Part shown: positions 29,737-37,315 of the stretch, one piece after another
How positions within the stretch are numbered: the stretch's first letter is position 1
Layout: the number at the start of each line of letters is the position of its first letter
DNA from: Desulfatiglandales bacterium
GTDB taxonomy: Bacteria; Desulfobacterota; DSM-4660; Desulfatiglandales; HGW-15
Direction of reading: 5' to 3'
Assembly: GCA_963667015.2 (NCBI GenBank)
Contig: CAXXJJ010000001.1
Location: 1,344,001 to 1,408,000 of the forward strand
DNA: 64,000 nt
Notes under the pieces: generated by a model
The model's input: the letters and a program-made list of their open reading frames with translations, nothing else
What the model was told of the DNA's origin: nothing
Database searches by the model: none
Made by a program: the position numbers and the translations under genes

Positions 29737-31374
29737 TCACTCATTCGGGACTATAGGTTCCAGCTCTACCTTTGCTGCCCCGAGTAATGTCCCGGTAGCA
29801 TAGGCTAGATCAACCATAGCTATCTGATATTCGGTAATAGCTACTATCTCCATTATCTGTGCTTCAGAAAGTTTTGTCTGAGCATCAAGAACATCTGTTG
29901 ATGAGGAGAAACCGAGCTCATACTGTTTTTTTTCTGTTTTATACTGCTGGTCTGCAAGGATGGTTGTCTGCATGGTAGCCTGTATTCTCTGCCAGTTGGC
30001 TTCCAGTTTATCAATCTGGTTCAGGACCTCATTTTCGATTTCTGTTTCTTTATTTTCTTTAGTTGCCAACCTTTGTGATCGTTCATATATTGCTCTTCTA
30101 TAAGTGCTCTTTGCAGCCTCATTAAACAACGGTATTGAAAACTGAAGACTGAAATTGTTATCATTATAGTCATTATCCAGTAACATATCATATAAGTTGT
30201 GTCTGTTATCTCCCAGTGCGTTAATTCTATAGTTATACCCTATGGTTAAGAGAGGGAGTTTTTGGTTTTTAAGGTAATCGATTGTGCTGCTGTCCTGGGC
30301 GAGTTGAAGTTCCAGTTCAAGGAGTTCCATACGGTTTTCAATAGCATTCTGTACCATCAGATCATTATTAAATTCATAGTGGATTGGTTCTGGTAGAGTT
30401 GAAGGTATTACAACTGTTTTTGTTCTCATGCCCAGGCCTTTTTTGTTCAGCACCCGTTTGAGAGATCTTTCGGTATCCCTGACATCATTCTCCGCCCTGA
30501 TTATGGCTTCAAGTTTTTCTGCCATACTTGTTTCTGTCCTTATAACCTCCACTTTGGACTTCAGGCCCAGTTCAACAAAACGTTTAGTCTGCTCAAATAA
30601 GGCTTTTGAAAGATCATACTGCTGCTTTCGGACTTTCAGTAATTCCCTGACAGCGAAGAGTTTCCAGTAGGCAATATCAACATTTGCAATAATACGTATG
30701 GCCTGAAGTTTTGTTCTTGTATCTATTATTTTACTGTTATATTGAGCCATGCGTATTCTATAGGTGTTTACATTTTTGCCAGCGTTTCTTAATAACGGCT
30801 GGCTGATCGATATACTGGTGGCACTAGAATATGATGGGTTTAATATTGACCACTCAGAATTAGATTTACTGCGGGAGTCAGCAATATTAAAATTGAGGGT
30901 TCCGCCTGTTCTCAGAGGCATATCAACGCCTATATTGGCTGTGTGCCGGTTAATGCTCGACCCATCAAGAAGTGAAGCCTGTGGTGTGTCAGTGTTATTG
31001 TATTCAATTCTACCTGAATAGATTGCTTCAAACTTTGCCTCTTCCTGATTTACTGCCTCTTTCGCAATTGAAGGATTAATTAATTGGACTCTAAGGTCCA
31101 GATTGTTTTCAAGGGTATATGCGCGACACTCTTCTAATGAAAGTGTAATCTCTTTAAGCGCAGATTCGGTTGTTTCAGCTTTGTCTTCCTTTTTTTGCTG
31201 AACTTTATTCAAATCTAATACATCAATCTGTCTGACAGTTACTTCCGGTACATTTAAAACAGGTGGAGCTTCGTAAAACTCTATTACTTTATGTATATAG
31301 GAACAACTGCTGCAAATGAATAATATAATTATCAAGAGTGGTAATAGATAACTTTTTACTGGTGACCTTAGCAA
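29737..31374 (-). CDS. TolC-family outer membrane efflux protein (lipoprotein)
   Basis: Lipobox-like 'ICSSC'; 'LSLEEC..TLENNLDL', 'ISQPLLRNAG', 'YELGFSSSTDVLDAQ'. Confidence 0.9.
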   Translation of the reverse strand: MLRSPVKSYLLPLLIIILFICSSCSYIHKVIEFYEAPPVLNVPEVTVRQIDVLDLNKVQQKKEDKAETTESALKEITLSLEECRAYTLENNLDLRVQLINPSIAKEAVNQEEAKFEAIYSGRIEYNNTDTPQASLLDGSSINRHTANIGVDMPLRTGGTLNFNIADSRSKSNSEWSILNPSYSSATSISISQPLLRNAGKNVNTYRIRMAQYNSKIIDTRTKLQAIRIIANVDIAYWKLFAVRELLKVRKQQYDLSKALFEQTKRFVELGLKSKVEVIRTETSMAEKLEAIIRAENDVRDTERSLKRVLNKKGLGMRTKTVVIPSTLPEPIHYEFNNDLMVQNAIENRMELLELELQLAQDSSTIDYLKNQKLPLLTIGYNYRINALGDNRHNLYDMLLDNDYNDNNFSLQFSIPLFNEAAKSTYRRAIYERSQRLATKENKETEIENEVLNQIDKLEANWQRIQATMQTTILADQQYKTEKKQYELGFSSSTDVLDAQTKLSEAQIMEIVAITEYQIAMVDLAYATGTLLGAAKVELEPIVPNE

Positions 31375-31448
31375 TTTGTGTTTCCTCTTATTCTAATAGG
31401 AGATGACAATGAAGAATAAAATCGTTTTATAAACCACTGAGAAAAATT

Positions 31449-31735
31449 GAACCGCAAAGACGCAAAGGACGCTAAGAAAACAATAAAATTGATTTGTTAA
31501 AATCAGAAAAAGTAAAAATTGGATTGCTGTATAATCTTTGTTGTTAAGTGATAGGAAAACAAAAATATTTATATTGCAAACTCCGTGGACTCAGTGTGTT
31601 CTTGTATGGTTAAAGTGAAAAAATAAATTGTAAAAAAGTCTTTGTCTTTCTCTGCGCTCTTTGCGGACTCTGCGAGAGACATGTTTTTAGGTTTTTGATT
31701 TTCTCCGTGTTCCCCGTGTACTCCGTGGTGAAAAT
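31449..31735. repeat. Cluster of 9-nt periodic arms including the partner arm (31620-31735) of the tolC-flanking inverted repeat
   Basis: AACCGCAAAGACGCAAAGGACGCTAAG; CTCTGCGCTCTTTGCGGACTCTGCG; CTCCGTGTTCCCCGTGTACTCCGTGGT. Confidence 0.8.
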
Positions 31736-31769
31736 ACGCTTCTTGTCTGAAGGATTGCTAACCGCCGCG

Positions 31770-31781
31770 CATACTACCGCC
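31770..31781 (-). promoter_or_regulatory. ops (operon polarity suppressor) element
   Basis: Minus strand reads GGCGGTAGTATG, matching consensus GGCGGTAGnnTG; lies between the RfaH-like gene and tolC. Confidence 0.85.
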
Positions 31782-31894
31782 ATTTGGGTGAAAATAGCTT
31801 TTTTTCAAAAACTCTAACGACCCATTAAATAAAAAACACATTTTACCGGAGATTAGAAGGCTCAGATTCCTTGTTAAAAGGAGTTCCTTACCTG

Positions 31895-32440
31895 CTAGCA
31901 ATAGGACAGGGCTGATAGTGGTACTATGGTTTTAGCCTGTTCCTGCAGAATGTCGAGCAGAATTAATGCTCTTTCATTCCCTTTTAATTCTTTAAAGATA
32001 CCTGTTTGCTCAATATTTGTCGGCAGAGATATTTTTACTTTGTCTCCTGCCTGATATTTTTCATTTTCGTCTGGCACAATAAATCCATTTTCGTCTTCTC
32101 GAGAGCGCAGCTCAACTACTACCCAGTCAGGAACCGGGGGACAATAGTTACCAAATCTTACAGGTTTAATTACACCTCTTGTACTTGCAATCGTCTGCCA
32201 CTGGCGTTCATGCTTCTCAAGATGAAGAAATAAATATCCAGGGAAAAAAGCCCTGTTAACCTGTTCAACACGTCTCGCGTGTCTGCGGATTGTCCTGATT
32301 CGGGGTAAATAAACTTTATAACCCTGGTTTTCGAAATTGATTTTTGCGACAGGTTCTTTTAGAGCATAAGTCTGAACTGCGAACCACTTACGATCATTAA
32401 AGAATACATTTTCAGTTTTTACTTTAGTTGTTTGGGCCAT
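31895..32440 (-). CDS. rfaH: RfaH-like NusG-paralog antitermination factor
   Basis: NGN domain 'KWFAVQT..KE..A..NFENQGYKVYLP..FFPGYLF..WQTIASTRGV..VRFG' plus KOW domain. Confidence 0.8.
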   Translation of the reverse strand: MAQTTKVKTENVFFNDRKWFAVQTYALKEPVAKINFENQGYKVYLPRIRTIRRHARRVEQVNRAFFPGYLFLHLEKHERQWQTIASTRGVIKPVRFGNYCPPVPDWVVVELRSREDENGFIVPDENEKYQAGDKVKISLPTNIEQTGIFKELKGNERALILLDILQEQAKTIVPLSALSYC

Positions 32441-32442
32441 TG

Positions 32443-33246
32443 CTACTCATTTAAAAAGTCATAGAATTTGTAAGTATATTTATCCTTGCCTTCAACGACC
32501 AGGCCAGCAGCGTAACCGGCGGCCGGTTTCAACTGAAGTATTGTCCAGTCATCCGATGCGCTCTTATTTTCTTTATCAATGACTGATGGTAAGCCGTTTT
32601 GTGATAATGATATTTCTATGTTGTTCAAATTCCTGATTCCTTTGCCAGTTGCTTTCAGATAGGCTTCTTTAAGAGTCCAGAGATTATAAAAAAACTGTAG
32701 CCTCTGATCAGGAGGATGGGTAAAAATCATTTCGTTTTCTTTAAAAGAAAAGAAGTGCCTCGCCATTGCTTCTATGTCAGGCGCAGGATGAATATTTTCC
32801 AAATCAATACCTATCGGTTGATTGAGCGTCACGGCGCAAAGTGCATACTCATCTGAATGAGACAGGTTAAAATAGAGTTGTTTTCCGTTTATATCAGAAG
32901 GAAGTAAAGGTTTGCCAAAAGGGCTATAAATATACTGAATAATTTGGGGATCTGTTTGCAGATATTTTCCAAGGATTTTTCTTAGTGCCCCATGACTTAC
33001 TATGTATCGCCGCCTGTCACCTTCTGAACGAAATCTTTTTGCCGTATATTTCTCGCCATTGCTTAGTATTTTATTAAAGGAAGTGGTTATATGGAATGGC
33101 ATATCAATTTGGATGCACCATATGTGAACCTCATTGCAGGTGATATTCATGCTTGAAGGAGGAGAATCCCAGACGCATTCAAATCCTGACCATGTCTCGT
33201 ATGATGAATCGAAATTAAAATATTTTTTCAGTAATTCAGAGCTCAT
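32443..33246 (-). CDS. Sfp/HetI-type 4'-phosphopantetheinyl transferase
   Basis: 'FGKP', 'FNLSHS', 'IGIDLE', 'WTLKEAYLKATGKG'. Confidence 0.93.
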   Translation of the reverse strand: MSSELLKKYFNFDSSYETWSGFECVWDSPPSSMNITCNEVHIWCIQIDMPFHITTSFNKILSNGEKYTAKRFRSEGDRRRYIVSHGALRKILGKYLQTDPQIIQYIYSPFGKPLLPSDINGKQLYFNLSHSDEYALCAVTLNQPIGIDLENIHPAPDIEAMARHFFSFKENEMIFTHPPDQRLQFFYNLWTLKEAYLKATGKGIRNLNNIEISLSQNGLPSVIDKENKSASDDWTILQLKPAAGYAAGLVVEGKDKYTYKFYDFLNE

Positions 33247-34162
33247 AATACCATACCTGGCGAAACCGGATGCTAGACATGAAATTCAGATATCTAACCA
33301 GAATCCCGCATTAATTAAGATTAATAACTTGAATAAGAGAATGCTTCGAGATCAAAAGAGAATTTTATCAATAAGATTTTTCGGTTATCAAACAAATAAC
33401 CGTATACACCAATATTTATATCGAAAATGATAACATCAAGTAAGCAAGATACAAGTGATGATAATTTTAAAGAATACTTTTAATAAAATCTAATTTGAAT
33501 AAAAATATGGTGTCGATGATATGGAAAATTCCCTCCCGAGGAATTTCAAAATTGTCCATCTCCATCAACTTTTTCAGGTAAGGAGAAATCTCTTATAATT
33601 TATATAAATAAAATATGTCAAGAAAAAAATTTATTTTAAGATAGTATCCCTGTAATTGTAGATATCTTTATTAGAAAACTGAAGTATTTTATTGGAACAA
33701 TAGGAGGTGATAGTGTCAAATATAGTCTTTGTTGTATGAATCAACCGTGTTCCCATTATAATGTATTATATGAAAATAAAAGGCTGCTTATTTAAAGGTT
33801 TTCTTAAGTCAATAAAATTGCGTTTACTTAAATCAGGGGTCTTTAAGAATGAGAGCATATGCATTGAGTCCCATTGTACTTATGTTTGAATATTTTTTAT
33901 ATCGTTATTCCTGCATAATTTAAATTGCCACTTACCTCTTAGCTACATAGGTTTGAGCCAAGATAACTGCTTGGAATTATAATGTAAAAGTTTAAAGTTA
34001 TACCTGGAAACAAGCTATAATTGACGTTTTTGAAGGCAAAAAGGATATTATAGTGTTCTATATCGGCAGTGATGCTCTTTCAATATCATGCTTTTTGAGG
34101 GCGAAAAGTGAGATACAGGGTATAAAAAAGTTGTTCCGGAATAATTTTCTCTTCCGAATGAA

Positions 34163-34326
34163 TGCACAAAAAAATGTGCATAGTGCACTAAAAAATGTGC
34201 ACTATAACCGGCCTTTTTAAAATTTTAAAGTAATCTGCTATTTTGTTTGGTGTCTCTAAAAGCTTTGCTGGCAAGGCTTTATGGCTTTTATTATAACTTA
34301 ATAATCCGGTTGGTATTATTTTTGTA
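34163..34326 (+). promoter_or_regulatory. Putative sigma54 promoter with tandem activator sites
   Basis: TGCAC-N8-GTGCA at 34163 and 34184; TGGTATTATTTTTGTA (GG-N10-GT) at 34311. Confidence 0.45.
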
Positions 34327-34353
34327 TACTTTCTATCCAGGGAGGAATTAAAA

Positions 34354-34544
34354 ATGGAAAAATCATTTGACGGGCCAATATATTATCAGGAGGATATCAA
34401 AAAGCATTTGATATGGGACTTGAGACTGCAATCTCAGTCCTTGAAAGCGCATCCGAACTCTCACCCGCAAAACAGCACATGATTCTGAATAAATTGAGAG
34501 AGGACCGGGTAAAAATTCGAACTCACCTTGGCATCAGCAGGTGA
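34354..34544 (+). CDS. Small hypothetical protein, possibly frameshifted in an A run
   Basis: Strong GGAGG RBS; as sequenced stops at 34482 (42 aa); one extra A near 34400 gives a helical 63-aa ORF ending at 34544. Confidence 0.4.
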
Positions 34545-34644
34545 CGTAAGAGATCCGGATTAGATAATAAGCAGTAAAAGTTATTAGAAATTAAAAAATA
34601 AAACGATTATTTTCATTTTAACTTGTGATTTCGGAGAGGGAGCC

Positions 34645-35079
34645 ATGTCAGTTGAAATAAAATATGACCAAAACGGATTTATGCTCAGGATAGGTGTATC
34701 CGGGCCGGTAAGCTATGATGAATTTACATCCACTATGGAAATAATTTTAAATTCCAGAGATTATCCACCCAATATAAATATATTATGGGATCTTCGAAAA
34801 GCTGATTTATCACAGGTTAATTATGACTTTTGGGAAAATATCATAAGGTATAGAAGACAATTCCCTCAACGTAACAATTGCAGATCAGCTATGATAGTCG
34901 ATAGCGACTATCAGTACGGTATTACACGTATGTTTCAGAACCAGGCCGGCGACAGAATTCCCCAGGAGTTCATGGTCTTCAGGGACCTTAAAGAGGGAGA
35001 GGCATGGTTACTTGCTTCAAAAGAAAATTCTGGCCTAAATCAATTGCAAAAATACAATGAAGTGTTCAATATGAGCTGA
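34645..35079 (+). CDS. STAS/SEC14 (SpoIIAA-like) domain protein
   Basis: 'ILWDLRKA', 'SAMIVDSDYQYGITRMF', 'VFRDLKEGEAWL'. Confidence 0.6.
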   Translation: MSVEIKYDQNGFMLRIGVSGPVSYDEFTSTMEIILNSRDYPPNINILWDLRKADLSQVNYDFWENIIRYRRQFPQRNNCRSAMIVDSDYQYGITRMFQNQAGDRIPQEFMVFRDLKEGEAWLLASKENSGLNQLQKYNEVFNMS

Positions 35080-35434
35080 AATTCAGCACCTGTTTTTCTG
35101 GCAGGTACAATCAGCAGCTCATATTAAGAATAACACCTGATACTCAAAAAACAAAAGAAGCCAGGGCTCAAAGGCTCCGGCATTCGTTTTATTTATCCTC
35201 GTATTTACCCAATACTGGCAGTTTACCTATTATAGATCCTTTACAGATGAAATACTGCTGCCCGATAATATATAATTTTTTCACTTGACCAATACTAATC
35301 ATATCATATACTTGAACAATTTCTTGAAGATTTAAGATCTGTCATATCGCAGCTGGGCATCATTAGATAAACTCGTTTTAGAACCTTTTTTTTAAGTAGT
35401 TTTTTCAAAATCTAATTTTTGGGGGAAAGTTGAA

Positions 35435-36100
35435 ATGGACAAAGAAAAAACAGGTATTATTTGTCCCAAATGTGGCCATTTGAATGAAGCAAATTTTACT
35501 GACTGTACAAAATGCGGGGTTATTTTCTCAAAATATTATGAAATTCTGAAAAAACAGAAGGAAGAAGAGAAGGCGGAAGCTCTGAGAAAGCAGCAGGAGG
35601 AGGAAGAAAAGGCGGAAGCCCTGCGAAGGCAGCAGGAGGAAGAAGAAAAGGCCGAAGCTCTGAGAAGGCAGCAGGAGGAGGAAGAGAAGGCGGAAGCCCT
35701 TAGAAGACAGCAGGAGGAAGAAGAAAAGGCGGAAGCCCTGAGAAGACAGCAGGAGGAAGAAGAAAAGGCGGAAGCCCTGAGGAGGCAGCAGAAGGAAGAA
35801 GAAAAGGCATTTCAAAAAAGAATAGATGATATCGTAGGTGCATTAAAACCAAAGATGGGATTTAAAGATTTACTGAAAAGATACGAGAAAAAAACTATTA
35901 GTATAAATTATGATAACTCATCTGAATTTAAAGATGCTTATCTTATCAAGGTTAGTAACGATATCTTCAGCATACTTATAATGGATAAAAAACTCATGAA
36001 AAGCTTTCTTTTGCGAAACATCGTGTCAATTACAGAAAGTGTAAATGGTGTTAGCATTGATAATATGGAGCCCCCTATCATAATAGAATTATCGAAATAA
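35435..36100 (+). CDS. Zinc-ribbon protein with 13-aa charged repeat helix
   Basis: 'CPKC...CTKC'; six EEEKAEALRRQQE-type units. Confidence 0.7.
   Translation: MDKEKTGIICPKCGHLNEANFTDCTKCGVIFSKYYEILKKQKEEEKAEALRKQQEEEEKAEALRRQQEEEEKAEALRRQQEEEEKAEALRRQQEEEEKAEALRRQQEEEEKAEALRRQQKEEEKAFQKRIDDIVGALKPKMGFKDLLKRYEKKTISINYDNSSEFKDAYLIKVSNDIFSILIMDKKLMKSFLLRNIVSITESVNGVSIDNMEPPIIIELSK
35560..35808 (+). repeat. 39-bp coding tandem repeat (about 6 copies)
   Basis: GAAGAAAAGGCGGAAGCCCTGAGAAGRCAGCAGGAG-type units with synonymous variation. Confidence 0.9.
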
Positions 36101-36407
36101 AAATCTGTGCTGACTGCTATGCTGCTATGTATCACAAGTCTTTTGGAGGGTGCGAAAGGTCTATGTATTTTTGTTATGCCTGGGCAATCCCGGCATATTG
36201 ATCAGTAAGTTTCCTAAACCACTCATTTCACAACCAATAATAAAAATATTAGCGTAAAAACTTAAATATATCAAAACAAGTCGATATAAATTAAAAGCAG
36301 GATAGTTTAAAATAACATTCTAAGATAAAATTCCTAAACAAATCCTGATTTATGCCGATTTATATCATGGATATTTATGTACTAAGATTAAAAGGGCTTT
36401 CAATACA

Positions 36408-37298
36408 TTGACTTCATTAGAAAATATTGATCTGAGTCATCTTATTGGTCAGGATGTCGGTTCATCGACCTTACTGGAGGAGTTCGCACGAGGAGCCATG
36501 GGCGCGGTGTTTAAAGGTTATCAAAAAACCCTTAAAAGGCAAATTGCGATTAAGGTATTGCCGAAATCTATCATGACACCCCAATCCGCTAAAATATTTC
36601 AGCAGGAGGCACGTTTGGCAGCCAGGGTCACACACCCGAACATCATTCCAATTTACGAATTCGGAGATGCCGGGGATTTTCTTTTTCTTTCCATGCAGCT
36701 GATAAAGGGAGATCCACTGTCAGATTATATTAAAAAAGCGCGTAAAAACATACTGCCTTCAAATCGAACTCTGCCGCTGGATTTCACGTTTAAAACCTTT
36801 ATCAGCATTTTAAACGCCCTGGATTACGCGCATCGCAAATCTATAGTGCATAGGGATATCAAACCCGGAAATATTCTTATAGAAGACGAAAATGAGCGTC
36901 CCATTATCCTGGATTTTGGTCTTGCAAAAATAACTAAAAAACCCGATGAAACCGACTCCGTAATAGTGGGAACACCTTTATACATGGCCCCTGAACAGAT
37001 ATTGAATTCGGATGTGGACGGGCGGGCTGATATCTATGCAGCCGCCACAATGCTGTATGAAATGTTGACTCCCGAACCATTATTTCCGGATATAGGATCA
37101 TCAAGCGAACTTCTGAGGACAAAGCTTGAGCAGAATAACAAGCTATTTAAAAAAATGCCTTCTGAACTGAATCCCAAGCTGAATAAACATATTGACCGAA
37201 TACTTTTCAAGGCCCTGGCACCAAATCCCGAAAATCGGTACAGGATATGTCGTGATTTCAGGGTAATGCTGGAAGATTATTTTAAAAGATATCATTAA
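36408..37298 (+). CDS. Hanks-type Ser/Thr protein kinase (cytoplasmic)
   Basis: 'ARGAMGAV', 'IAIK', 'HRDIKPGN', 'DFG', 'YMAPE'. Confidence 0.95.
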   Translation: MTSLENIDLSHLIGQDVGSSTLLEEFARGAMGAVFKGYQKTLKRQIAIKVLPKSIMTPQSAKIFQQEARLAARVTHPNIIPIYEFGDAGDFLFLSMQLIKGDPLSDYIKKARKNILPSNRTLPLDFTFKTFISILNALDYAHRKSIVHRDIKPGNILIEDENERPIILDFGLAKITKKPDETDSVIVGTPLYMAPEQILNSDVDGRADIYAAATMLYEMLTPEPLFPDIGSSSELLRTKLEQNNKLFKKMPSELNPKLNKHIDRILFKALAPNPENRYRICRDFRVMLEDYFKRYH

Positions 37299-37315
37299 GG
37301 ATTGGATTAAAAAAG

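Noticed and set aside
33134..33430. 98-aa plus-strand ORF and other short antisense ORFs in the track
   Set aside because: They overlap well-supported genes on the opposite strand or are low-complexity with no motifs; treated as spurious.
35560..35808. 39-bp periodic repeat as CRISPR or non-coding satellite
   Set aside because: In-frame coding repeat with synonymous variation and no unique spacers.
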